Shown here piece after piece: positions 22,848 to 34,246 of a stretch of DNA of 34,246 bases. The DNA is from Octopus sinensis (lineage: Eukaryota). The position numbers and the translations under genes were made by a program. Under the pieces are notes generated by a model. It saw only the letters and a list, made by a program, of their open reading frames with translations, was not told where the DNA came from and ran no database searches. Position 1 is the first letter of the stretch; each line of letters opens with the position of its first letter. Where the stretch lies: positions 1 to 34,246 of the forward strand of contig NW_021831741.1 in assembly GCF_006345805.1 (NCBI RefSeq). Reading direction: 5' to 3'.

Positions 22848-24978
22848 TTCTCGTTGCCTTTTCTCATCACCCTCTTTCTCTTTTACTGTCTCTCTTTCTT
22901 GATGTCCTTTCTTTTCCCTTTTCTCTCTCTCTCTCCCTTCCTCTCTCTCTTCATTCATTCTCTCACATTCTTTCTTTTCTACTCTCTCTCTATGTCTCTA
23001 CACTTTGTTTCTTCTTTCTTCTCTTTCCTCCTCTCTCTCTCTCTTTCTTCTTTCTTCTCTCTCACTATTTCCCACTCTATTTTTTTCCTATTTCTCCTTT
23101 CCATCTCTGTCCTCTCTCTTTTTCTCTTCCTCTTTCTTCCTCTCTTTCGCTCGTTTTCTTTGTCTGTCACTATCTTCACATTCCTCATCTTCTCTCTTTC
23201 TTCTCTATTCTGTTCTCTCTTTCTTTTCGCTCTCTCTCTTTTCTCCTTCTTTCTCGCTTTTCCCTCGTTTTTTTTCCTTCTTTTTCCCTTTCGTTTTTTT
23301 TTTTCCTTTTTCCCTTGTCCTCTCTCTCACTCTTTCATTTCTCTCTTTCTTCCTCTCGTTTCTTTTTCTCTCTCTTTCTTTTCTCGCTCTCTCACTTTTT
23401 TCTCCTTCTTTCTCCCTCTCGTTTTCTTTTTATCCTTCTTCCTCTCTCTCACTCTTTCTTCCTCTCGTTTCTTTTCTCTCTCTCTTTCTTTTCTCGCTCT
23501 CTCGCTTTTTTCTCCTTCTTTCTCCCTCTCGTTTTCTTTTTATCCTTCTTCCTCTCTCTCACTTTTTCATTTCCCTCTTTCCCCCTCTCGTTTTCTTTTT
23601 ATCCTTTTTCCTCTCTCTCACTCTTTCATTTCTCTCTTCCTTCCTCTCGTTTCTTTTTCTCTCTCTCTTTCTTTTCTCGCTGCCTCGCTTATTTCTCCTT
23701 CTTTCTCCCTCTCGTTTTGTTTTTATCCTCTTCCTCTCTCTCACTCTTCATTTCTCTCTTTCCCCTCTCGTTTCTTTCTCTCTCTTTCTTTTCTCGCTCT
23801 CTCGCTTTTCTCCTTCTCCCTCCCTCTCTTTTCTTTTATCTTCTTCAGCTCTCTCACTCTTCATTTCTCTCTTCCTTCCTCTCGTTTCTTTCTCTCTCTA
23901 TTTCTTTCTTGCTCTCTTACTTTTTTCTCCTCTTTCTCCCTCTCGTTTTCTTTTTATCCTTCTCCTCTCTCTCACTCTTCATTTCTTCTTTCTTCCTCTA
24001 GTTTCTTTTTCTCTCCTCTTCTTGCTCTCTTACTTTTTTCTCCTTTTTTCCCTCTCGTTCTCTTATCCTTCTCCCTCTCTCTCACTCTTCATTTCTCTCT
24101 TCCTTCCTCTCGTTTCTTTTCTCTCTCTTTCTTTCTCGCTCTCTCACTTTTTTCTCCTTCTTTCCCCCTCTCGTTTCTTTTATCCTTTCCTCTCTCTCAC
24201 TCTTTCATTTTCTCTCTCCTCCTCGCGTTTCTTTCTCTCTCTCCTTTTTTCTCACTCACTCACTTTTTCTCCTTCTTTCTCCCTCTCGTTTTCTTTTATC
24301 CTTCTTCCTCTCTCTCACTCTTTCATTTCTCTCTCTCTTCCTCTCGTTTCTTTCTCTCTCTCTCCTTCTTTTCTCGCTCACTCACTTTTTTCTCTTTCTT
24401 TCTTTCTCTCGTTTTCTTTTTATTATTCTTCCTCTCTCTCACTCTTTCATTTCTCTCTTTCTTCCTCTCGTTTTCTTTTTATCCTTCTTCCTCTCTCTCA
24501 CTCTTTCATTTCTCTCTTTCTTCCTCTTGTTTCTTTTTCTCTCTCTTTTCTCGATCTCTCGCTTTTTTCTCTTTCTTTCTCCCTCTCGTTTGCATTTTAT
24601 CCTTCCTCCCCTCTCTCACTCTTTCATTTCTCACTTTCTTCCTCTCGTTTCTTTTTCTCTCTCTCTTTCTTTTCTCACTCTCTCACTTTTCTCTCCTTCT
24701 TTCTCCCTCTCGTTTGCTTTTCATCCTTCTTCCTCTCTCACACTCTTTCATTTCTCTCTTTCTTTCTCTCGTTTCTTTTTCTCTCTCCCTTTCTTTTCTC
24801 TCTCATTTTCTTTTTTCAATCTCCTTCTCTTTATCTTTTCTCTCCTTTTTCTCTCTCTCTCTTTCTCTGTTTCATTTCTCTTTTTGTCTTCTCTATAGTT
24901 CTCTCTCAATTTTCATTTTCTTTCTTCTATTTTTCTATTTCTCTCTTCATTTTTCTCTTTCTTTTTCTTTTTCTCTTC
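22180..24978. repeat. 2.8-kb polypyrimidine (CT-rich) tract with a ~110-120 bp minisatellite core (~23320-24790)
   Basis: Recurrent unit ctctctcactctttcatttctctctttcttcctctcgtttc...ctccctctcgttttctttttatccttcttc; almost no purines on +. Confidence 0.93.
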
Positions 24979-24980
24979 TA

Positions 24981-25165
24981 CTTGTTTCAGTCATGAGAGT
25001 GCGACCATGCTGGGGCTCCTCCTCGATTTTGTCTTTTATGTGTGATCCCTTTTCTGTCTAAATAACACCAACCTATAGCTCTCTTTTGCTTCAGAGCTAA
25101 GCAACAGGGATGCAAATACACCAACACCGGTTATCAATTAGCAGTTAGGGACACACTAACATAGA
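24981..25165 (-). mobile_element. 3' half of the same SINE family
   Basis: cttgtttcagtcatgagagtgcgaccatgctgggg...aaatacaccaacaccggtt on +. Confidence 0.7.
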
Positions 25166-25244
25166 CACACATGCATACGCACGCACACAAACAAACACAC
25201 ACACATATATATACGAGTTAATAACACCTGTAAGGATGTGTTTT

Positions 25245-26075
25245 ATCTATTCACCAAAGTGAATGGAGACTGCAGAAAGCTCTTATATATGTCACACTTC
25301 CGTTCATTGGCCTCGTTATAACCCGCCCCCCACGTGACTGTTCGTTCAATTATGATAATTTTCTGGGCCTTTACAGACCACAGAACCACATCAGACCTCA
25401 GGGTTGTATGGATAACCTGGGGAAACTGCAATCTCTTCCCTATATCTACCTTCATATCCCATGGTTGAGACCCTTGTAGCAAGCTGTGTATTGCTATTGC
25501 TGGCTGTACTGGTTTCTCTCCCTCTTTCACGAACTGAATTGCGACAGTTATCTTCCCTTGGTGATGATGTTTCTTACACCTTTACTGCTCCAGGGTGTGA
25601 GCAAGTATTTGTATCTGCCTTGAGAAAGTGTTATTCTGCACCCTGCCAAGATGTGTGCCAGAATGCCCCTTTTCCACAAAGTCTACTCAGCTGGTCTTCC
25701 CTCAAACCTTATCTTTGCAGGTTTGTTGGCGTCGGGAGTGTCATACACAGCTCCATGCAGGAAGGAGATGTGCAAAGGTTCCAGCCTCCACAGGTCAGTC
25801 CATGAGAGCTTCCTCTTAGGGAGATCCCATTTAGTCCATGCACCCAGAGATACCAACTCCACAGCTCTTGATTTCCTTTTATCTTCCTCCTGGTACCACA
25901 ATGCTTTCTTAGTAATAACCCACCCCTCCCTGGTGTGTACTTTCTGCCGTTGTTGGAAATAAGAAGAGCCAAGTACCTGGCGACCTATCATGTAGCTCCA
26001 AGTATGACGCGTACCTCCAGCATGCCCTCAGGCTGAGCGACAGCGTAAATTATAACTGTCCCGATCTTATGTACA
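25245..26075 (-). mobile_element. 3' fragment of an RLE-type non-LTR retrotransposon (HERO/NeSL-like)
   Basis: Broken frames give GAWTKW.LP.RKLSW.DLWRLEP..ISFL..VYDT, a zinc knuckle RLCGK.GILAHILAGCRITLSQGRY, and the restriction-like endonuclease TTLRSDVVLWS...IIIE.TV.W...ANERK..Y. Confidence 0.85.
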
Positions 26076-26706
26076 GTCCTATTCAAGTAAAGCTTGGGGA
26101 ACTCCTAGACATTGTTGGGGGGAAGGGTGTATTTATTTACCTTTCTCGCAACCCTGGTGGGTGACTACCTACCACAACACCACCTCACAATAAGTAAATA
26201 TTTCATGCATCACCACTTCGCTTTTTTTACTCATTCAACCTTTAATACGAGGCTTCTGCCAAATTCAGTTATATATTCTTGGAGTGCCATACATACTTAA
26301 ACTAAATATAAAATGTTCCCACGGCCCCCACACATTGGTGGTAGTGACCACTTTGAGAAGCCCTGCTCTATAATCCTGCAAGAGGACTTCTTTAAAAAGT
26401 CACCATCCATTTATCGGCTCCATTGTCTCTCATCTCTTGGACTGAATACTGCCCGCCCGAACACCCCATTGCAGTATGTGATGGATTTCATTCTCACTCA
26501 CATTCCATCAATTCTGCCATGCCTCAATGTTTGGTTAAATATGATAAAAAATGTCGATGATGAGGATTAGAGAAAAGACGGTGAAGAAGAAATGAAATAT
26601 CATGGACAAATATATGTGGCTACTTTTCATATGTGTATAAAACATTTCATATTGTGTATAAAATAAAAACAGTCAAATTTGAGAAGGCATAAACAGAACA
26701 ACTTAC

Positions 26707-26824
26707 TATTGTTGGATCCTTCTTATTAAATCTTTAACCCCTTCAATGTCATCCTCCGAAATTTTCTGTCTGATATCGACATTGAATTAAAAATGTTATA
26801 GAATCTCCCTATGATATTCGCCAT
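26707..26824 (-). pseudogene. Candidate first coding exon of the ankyrin-RING gene, frameshifted as assembled
   Basis: Donor A|gtaagt at 26706. One frame gives DIRQKISEDDIEGVKDLIR and the phase-0 frame at the exon end gives KKDPTI, which would join INKPID as an ankyrin turn. The ATGs at 26824 and 26782 are in a third frame that stops. Confidence 0.45.
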
Positions 26825-27343
26825 GTCTTTTGATAAAATCAGTCAAAAGAGAAAGAAAACAAAAACAGTTTTTAAAAAACTTATAAAATGAGTTAAACAA
26901 CAATAAACAGAAGTTGATGGTTCTAAAATCTTGCAAAGATAACATTGATATTGAAAAATCAGTTTAGTTTATCTAAAGTATATTCATAGCTGAATGTCTT
27001 CTTGACACTAATAAAACCTAACAACAGTCATTGTGTTGTGTCTCTAGGTTAGTACATTCCTCTGCTACATCTTGAGCTATAAATCTGTGGATCATACCCC
27101 AGCTAGTGTGGGGGGCACTTTTTATGAAAAACAAATTTACTCTCTAAGAAAGGTAAATTTTGGAAAACTAGTAAAAGAATCAATGAAAACAGAGTTTGTA
27201 CAATAAAACTTCTGTATTGATCTTTGATTTGATCTCATCTACTTTGCTAATATTTCGACAGAAACTATCAACAAGTGCTTACTTTATAAACTTTTGCAAT
27301 TATCTTTATGACTATTTCATAATTATTTAATAAATTTCCATAT

Positions 27344-27424
<81 letters not shown>

Positions 27425-27434
27425 TATATAATAA

Positions 27435-27600
27435 CATCATCATCACCACCACATACCGTCCACCTTCCATGCATTCATGAGTAAGATGGATGACAGGAGC
27501 CGGCCATGTAGAAAAAAACTACCCTGGGCTACTGCCTATTTTGGAAGGGATTTTACAGCTGGATGCCCTTCCAAACGCCAACCAGCAGTTTTGTCCCACT
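27435..27600 (-). mobile_element. Diverged RTE-tail repeat family copy
   Basis: ttttacagctggatgcccttccaaacgccaacc is the reverse complement of the family core; (CAT)n tail on +. Confidence 0.6.
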
Positions 27601-28071
27601 GCATGACACATTGGGCAAGTACCTTCTTCTAAATCCCATGGTTGATCAAGGCTTCTGCGTGGATTAAATAGAGATAATCTGAGAGAAGCCCATCTTACAC
27701 CGCTGGACAAAATCTGAGGACCAGTGAAAACACTGCCAAAATTCAGTATTCGTGTGTGTGTGTACGTGTGCATACATATGTCTGTGTGTGTGTGTATGTG
27801 TGTGTGTGTTTTCATTTGCTTTTACTGAAAATTGCCTCAGCTATGAACGATTAGATTATGTTTTCATTCCCTGTAATAGACAACCATTGGAATAAGTGAT
27901 CCCTTGAACAACAGGTAAGGTTAAACATGAAGGGGATCCAGATGCAGAAAGAATGGATCAATAATATACTCATTACAACCCATGGTAGTATGGAGAAAAG
28001 GTTTGTAAAATGTTTGCTTTATATGCATAAACGACATATATAAGTCTATGTATGTGTTTATCGTGTGCATG

Positions 28072-28284
28072 TGTGAGTAGCTGTATGGCATAGTGATTCG
28101 GGGTTTACCCTCACAATAGCTAGATCGTGGGTTTGATTCTTGCAATGCCCTTCTTTTCCCAAGACTTCCGAATGTTCGCCTGCTGTCCTAACCAGTGGAG
28201 TGGTATCATTCAGAACGTCAAACAATGCAAAGCACATTGTGACAAGTGATGTGTAACATCTGGCAGTATAGTCGATCATGTGAC
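28072..28284 (+). mobile_element. Diverged tRNA-derived SINE related to 3737-4033
   Basis: gatcgtgggtttgattc head and gatgtgtaacatctg...gtcgatcatgtga tail match the 3737 element. Confidence 0.6.
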
Positions 28285-28309
28285 TACATGATTATATAAT
28301 ATATATATA

Positions 28310-28353
<44 letters not shown>

Positions 28354-28382
28354 CGTGGTGTGTGGTGTATGTATAATATATA

Positions 28383-28413
<31 letters not shown>

Positions 28414-28420
28414 ATATATA

Positions 28421-29172
28421 CCTTCAGCACATCCTTCAGTGAACTGAATGCTCTCCATCCTACTCTTACCCTTCGCAACATCTCATTCTCCATCTCTCGC
28501 CTCTAGTCACTTCTTGACCGAGATAGACATAGCTGTCCACCTCTTCTATTTCGTCACCTCCGACTGCTAGCTGACCGATTGATACGCCTTCAGACCATAT
28601 GTTCTTTGTTTTCATACAATTGATCTTCAAGCCGTGTGCCGAAACTCTGGAATCCAGTTCGTCCAGCATGGTCTACAGATGATCGGTGCTCTCCGCTGTC
28701 AGCGTTATGTTGTCAGCGAAAGTTAGAACTTAGACAAGGCAATTGGCACCAATCTCTTCAACAGCACAGTCTTTCCTGCAGTGCTATACACATGTTAGAC
28801 TTGGGCATTGAAGAAGAGGGAACATATTTTTACAATGCTGATATCCATTGTAACGCTGGGAATCTGGCTAAGAGATCACACCTGGAATGAGGAAATCTGG
28901 AATAGAACTGAAGTGAAGGACATCATCGCCGAAAACCACTAAGCAAATCTACGATGGGCTGGTCGTGTCGCAAGTTTCACAAACAATCGGTGGACCCGTG
29001 TAGTTTTAGGGTGGTACTCGTGCGAACGGAAGAGACCACTCAGAAGACCTCCAGTCAGATGCGAAGATGATTTAATCAAAATGTTTAGAACAGAAGAAAT
29101 AGGAGAGCAGGAGAGGAAGGGAGCAAATTTTTTGTCCAGCGGAGCCCGAACCGGTACCAGACAGCCTGGCTG
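28421..29172. mobile_element. RTE-clade LINE fragment with 5' inversion (minus 28421-~28725; plus ~28726-29172)
   Basis: The minus piece runs from FADNITL through YVYLGQ to RVGWRAFSSLKDVLKG. The plus piece starts LDKAIGTNLFNSTVFPAVLY and runs through RWAGRV..RWT..RKRP.RRPP to a 3' end. Both ends are embedded in (TA)n. Confidence 0.88.
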
Positions 29173-29923
29173 ATATATATATATATATATAATATATAAT
29201 ATATATACACTCACCAGTAACATCACCACCACACCACTATCAGAACACCCCTTCCCACTGTTCAGCTCACTGCCCAAACCACACACCATCATGCACACAA
29301 CGACTGCCACACACATGCACTAACATATATACATGTGCACACACCATTCAAACAAACACACATTAACTGCTACACACAACCGTTTGCATATGCAGCTTCA
29401 CACACACGTCCATACTCGCGCACACACACAAATACACGAAACACCATTCTACACAATGCTCGCATTAGGATACTTCTACATATACACATACACACGCTCC
29501 CTTACGCACACTCAGGCCCACATAATTTTAAGCTCCCCCGCACATATATTCACACACACTCGTCCCCATTTACACATGCACATCCACACACCCTTCTTAA
29601 ATGCACATTCGCCCTTAGGCAACCTAGTTCAGAAGGGGCAGCGTTATTTGCCCCCTTTATCTCAGACTCTTTCTTCCAGAAATTTCATCATGTTCAACCG
29701 TTAATTCCTACAAATCTTCTCTCTCTCCTCTATTTTCGTTCCCTCTCCATTTTCCCCTCAATCCTTTCTGTCGAAGAGCGTAGGTTCTAAACATCAAAGA
29801 CTTCCACATTTTTCCCGAGCGTCAAAGGAATACACCTTGTTGTGCCCTCACCTGTCTTCGTCTTTTGTTTTCTGTAAATTTATGTGTGTGTGTGTGTGTG
29901 TCTTTGTGAGTGTGTGTACTTAA

Positions 29924-30181
29924 TGTTGGAATTTAAAACTATTTCTTGTGAATAGTATCGACTAGTAACCTTTAACTGAGATCTTAATACATAAGCATTA
30001 CGAATGATGTTTTATTAATACATTTGTGTACACTACACACCGAGACAAAGGCTAGCGGAATGCTAGCATATATTACACACATACACATACATACGCATAG
30101 CAGACTTAATAACATAGGCTAAGAGAAGAATAAGAGAGGAATGGAGGAAGCGGAGGAATTGAAATAAACACTGGGTTTACA
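29924..30181. mobile_element. ~258-bp TGT...ACA-bounded repeat, solo-LTR-like, copy 1
   Basis: Starts tgttgga and ends gtttaca; direct paralogue at 31536-31787 at about 80% by eye; no TSD visible. Confidence 0.45.
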
Positions 30182-30367
30182 ATTTGAATTTCGGAAGTGT
30201 AGAAGTTGTAAAGATAATTTATAGACACGTCAGAATGAAAGCTAAAACAGCAAAAGGAGTGGGAGGGAGTTACAGTTACAGATAATAAATACATGAAACT
30301 TGACTGTATCACATTTACACACACACACACCACACACACATTTATATTCATTTCTAAAAATCTTTTA

Positions 30368-30689
30368 CTTGTTTCAGTCATTTGACAGCAACCATTCTGT
30401 AGCACCACCTTGAAGGGTTCTAGTTAAACAAAACCCCCGGACATATTTTCAGCCTAGTATTTATTCTATCGGTATCCTTAAGCGAACCTCTAAATTATGG
30501 GGATGTAAATACACCAACAACGGTTGTCAATCGATGATGAAGAGTACAAATAACACACACGTATATATAAATATGTGACGGGTTTCTTTCACTTCCCATC
30601 TACCAAATTCAATCTCAAGGCTTCAAGGAGTTGAACGCAGAACCATGTGTTGGGGAAGCAAGCTTCTTACCACACAGCCATTCCTGTGA
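30368..30689 (-). mobile_element. Diverged full-length copy of the same SINE family
   Basis: Tail cttgtttcagtcatttgacagc and head cttaccacacagccattcctgtg on + match 19218-19670. Confidence 0.78.
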
Positions 30690-31535
30690 CTATATACACA
30701 GATATATACATATATGAACTTTTTAGTGTCCAGGGAGTCATTATGCCAATATCCATTAACACACGCACTGGTTCGATTCCACTTTTTTATTGTTTGTCAA
30801 TATTAAATTCATTTGTTTACAAAATATTTTCTTTTCTAGGATGAACATAATTTTTACACAATTCATCGATGAACGAAATGTAAAGAAACATACAGGCACG
30901 AACACACATTTACCCACTCTCACAGACACACACACACACACACACACACACAAGCATATGCCAGCACACGCATAGTTGTATATAAATATGTATGCCTATG
31001 TATGAGTGAATACACACACATACATATAGATGTATAATGATAAATGAAAATTTATTGAACCGATTTTTATGAAGCTTGGTAAACGAATGAAATAAAGTCA
31101 CGTGATTGAATTTAGAAACCATAAAAAGGAATTGCATGTTACGGGATTTATTGTGGATTTTTTTAGATATTTTACTTCAGAACATTCAGTATGATGCGTA
31201 GAAGACAACATAATATTTTTTCAATCATCTGAAGTCCAAAGCTCCCAAAGTTGAAAGTCTATGGAGACACGAGAAGAAAAGTAGGGCAGGCACGGAGACA
31301 AAGAAATGTCGTAGAGACACAACAGCAACAGGAAGTAAAACATCAGTTTCAAGCAACTAGGCAAGCCTGTTGGTGGGAACAAGAGACACCAGAGGGGAAG
31401 CGACAGAGGTTCGAGTCTCAAGCCATTACAAAAGCCAGCTTAAGAGAATATACGTTAACAGAACAACTTCAAAGTAACGCAGATAAAAAATGCCCGCTCT
31501 AGAGAACAGGAAACATCAAAGTAACGACAAGTCAG

Positions 31536-31787
31536 GTTGGAATTTAAAACTTTATCTTTTGGAGAGGAGCGACTAGTAACCTTTAATTAAGATCTTAATA
31601 CATAAGCATTACGATAGATGCTTTATGAATACATTTGTGTACACTACACGCCGAGACAAAGACCAGGGGACTGCTAGTATATATTATACACACACACATA
31701 GTAGACTTAATAATGTAGGCTAAAAGAAGAATAACAGAGGGAGGAAATGGAGGAAGCATAAGCCTTGAAATAAATACTGGGTCTACA
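31536..31787. mobile_element. Solo-LTR-like repeat, copy 2
   Basis: Direct match to 29924-30181; the left terminal T is altered. Confidence 0.45.
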
Positions 31788-31840
31788 TTGAGGGGAAAAT
31801 AAGTTGAAAAACAGCATCAGCAGATCTGACCTCTCTGGAT

Positions 31841-32046
31841 TTGTTTAAATTCAAAAGTGGTCAAACAGACGTGAAGTCTTGTGAAGCCACATACATAAGA
31901 TCAACTAGAAAATAGATTCACCACAGACTGAAAAAGCATTCCTTCAAGACCACACCACCCAGGGCTTTATTCCAACAATGTCAATATTGCCATGGGAAAT
32001 ATCGCACCAGGATTACAGAAAGAGGCGTAGATGATATCAACCACTG
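31841..32046 (+). mobile_element. Degenerate GIY-YIG endonuclease relic (Penelope-like)
   Basis: A single frame reads LFKFKSGQTDVKSCEATYIRSTRK*IHHRLKKH, resembling the Penelope VYKF.C..C.A.YIG.T.R.L..R..EH pattern. Confidence 0.5.
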
Positions 32047-32467
32047 AGTGACAAAGATCCACATCTTTAGAAGCACAGCACAAAGTTTGAAGCTCTGAAG
32101 TGAGCCAGACGAATGGATTCATTTACTGCATTCATGAATATTAATCGGTACATGTCAATTATACACATAAAATTAAAAATTAATGTAAAATATTTCCCTT
32201 TTTTTAGCTGAAGGCAGAAATTTATTGTAGAGATTGCATTAAATTATATGAAGAAAAAAGAGTTTAATATTTTTTATTCCTGTAAAATTGACTTACAAAT
32301 TAAAATCTTTCCTTGAAATATAAAATTCCATCAGGTATAATTGGTATAATTTTCTCCTTTAAATTTCCTCCATATATTTTATTTCAACCTTTCTATTCTT
32401 ATAAATGCAGGACACGTTTTTATAGTTTTATTAATGGCTTGAGAAAAACATAAATGGGAATAGAAGA

Positions 32468-32523
<56 letters not shown>

Positions 32524-33193
32524 CATTTGTATGTGCATATATATTATATATATTATATATATATATATATATATATTGGTAAAAACGGTAAGATGACAAA
32601 AGAAAGAAAGAGACCTCAATATTATGTAAATAGAGGAAATTCTCTATAAAATAATGTTACAATTACTCAATAGAATATTCTATGTAATATGCGTCCATAT
32701 TAAATTATTTTGTGTGTAAGAGTCCTCAACCGATGTTAGGCGATAAACCAAAAATGCCGTATTAGCTCTTAGTGAATATATATATAAATGCACAAATAAT
32801 TTCCATTATTAAAACATGCTACAAATTAATAATTACTGACTAATTAGAGTAGAAATACGTACATGAATTTAAAAAAGATATTTGGATTTATATGATTGAT
32901 TAAACACCCAAGGCTAAGCTCCAGCGTGGCCACAACCCAATGCTTTAAATAATGAAACGCATGACCCACATATCATATGTATAACTAGAAATCTCTCCAC
33001 CACCAACACCGTTTAGTCTCTTAATCTCTCTCTCTCACTCTCTCCCTCTCTTTCTTTCTCTATAAACGACAAACCGCTTTTCAATAATTATTCACCTCTT
33101 TCTCCTTTACAAATCTACACTTTTATATAATCATTTTATTTCGCCATCTATTCTACTGGTAATTCCAGAGAAATCAAACATAATTTCCTATTC

Positions 33194-33366
33194 TACTCTC
33201 GGTACAAGACCCGAAATTTTGGAGGAGGAGGCCGGTCGATTAGGTCGACCCCAGGACGTAACTGGTTCTTAATTTATCGATCGCGAAAAGATGAAAGGCA
33301 AAATTGACCTCGGCCGAATTTGACTTCAGAACGTGAAGACAAACGAAATACCGTTTAGCATTTCGC
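33194..33366 (+). mobile_element. Short interspersed repeat, copy 1 of an inverted pair
   Basis: tcgacccc...gatgaaaggcaaa...gacct...gaatttga...cagaacgt...acgaaatac. Confidence 0.75.
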
Positions 33367-33840
33367 AATTTTTTTTCATTTCCCACAAGGGGACAACACA
33401 GAGGTGACAGTACAATCTGATATGGGGTCAGATTTAACGTATGAATCGACACAAAGATGGATTTTAAAATTTTACATAAATATGAAGAGTTCGGATGATA
33501 AAATATACAAACATTATAGAATGGAGTGGGGGACGGGATATGCATGGACCCCACGAGCGCTGCCTCACCACTGATGCTTTGGGTTCATCCTGCATTGTAT
33601 TCATGCAGTTCCATCCGTACCCAGCTTTCGAGCGACAATCTTCCATCGATCTTGAAACATTTTCGCGGACAGGCATTTTCTCTCAAACCCTATTTTCTTT
33701 CTTAGGTGGAAGGTGGAGAAATTAAACAACCCAAGGACAGAGATAGAATGCCTATTACTAACCCTATTTTTAATTCACACAGCAGTTTAGAGACTCCGCC
33801 GTTCGTGCATAATAAACTTTATAATCATTCTAAGCAATAA

Positions 33841-34033
33841 AGCGGCGAAACGTTAGCACGCCGAGCGAAATGCACAGCCGTATTTCGTCTGCCGTTACGT
33901 TCTGAGTTCAAATTCCGTCTAGGTCGACTTTGCCTTTCATCATTTCGGGGTCGATTAAATAAGTACCAGTTACGCACTGGGGTCGATGTAATCAATTAAT
34001 CCCCTTCCCCAAAAATGTTCAAGTCCTTGTGCC
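33841..34033 (-). mobile_element. Short interspersed repeat, copy 2 of an inverted pair
   Basis: Reverse-complement match to 33194-33366. Confidence 0.75.
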
Positions 34034-34246
34034 AAGAGAAGAAATAATAATTCTAGACAACGTGAAATAATCCTCAGAAGACATCCATCTGATAGAAAAT
34101 ATTTAAGATTGCGAGAAAACATATTTAATGCATTCCACATCAAAATGTTAACATAGGATAAAGAAGTGGAGAGAGAAATGTATGCAGTCACCCACTTTTT
34201 GAATGTTTAAACAATTCATACTCTTTCCTACAAGATATAAATATTA

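Noticed and set aside
22144-25061. 735-aa and 663-aa F/L/S-rich ORFs
   Set aside because: A purine-free strand cannot form stop codons; this is a low-complexity artefact.
26340-26560. Minus-strand ATGGCAGAATTGATGGAAT|gtgagt as a start exon, and a nearby cagggcttctcaa hAT-like end
   Set aside because: The phase-1 exit does not fit the phase-0 acceptor at 22138, and the hAT-like end has no partner TIR.
29768-29805. Hammerhead-ribozyme-like motif CTGTCGA-A-GAGC-GTAG-GTTC-TAAAC in a possible Penelope terminal repeat
   Set aside because: Two core mismatches (CTGTCGA vs CTGANGA; TAAAC vs GAAAC) and no clear stem III/NUH cleavage site; at best a dead relic.
31251-31502. 83-aa Q/R/E-rich ORF loosely resembling Helitron N-terminal repeats (ETPEGKRQRFESQ)
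   Set aside because: No Rep or helicase motifs and no Helitron termini; the resemblance is too weak to call.
33464-33725. GC-richer ORFs as a first exon of the gene
   Set aside because: No usable donor and no ankyrin similarity; more likely an eroded LINE C-terminal fragment, but not assignable.

Overview
AT-rich, microsatellite-dense eukaryotic DNA. The repeat families and gene family look like Octopus or another cephalopod, which is an inference. The backbone is one multi-exon minus-strand gene encoding ankyrin repeats followed by a C3HC4 RING finger (MIB2-like C-terminal architecture). I assembled it by hand: join(22138-21978, 20687-20636, 18877-18723, 17771-17735, 10138-9929, 8630-8455, 5576-5434), all GT-AG with compatible phases. 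It then appears to continue through three tandemly duplicated phase 1-1 micro-exons (4121-4071, 2055-1978, 1161-1105) and off the left edge. A probable first coding exon (26824-26707) does not join in frame as assembled. Introns and flanks hold a near-complete CR1 LINE whose 5' end is fused to an intron-containing tRNA-Met(CAT) copy, a decayed RTE LINE, and a 5'-inverted (twin-primed) RTE. They also hold a HERO/NeSL-type RLE retrotransposon fragment, a DD37D mariner relic, Penelope-like GIY-YIG relics, several SINE families, a ~420 bp foldback, a (CAT)n array with a 162 bp higher-order repeat and a 2.8 kb polypyrimidine minisatellite. All identities were estimated by eye; no searches were run.
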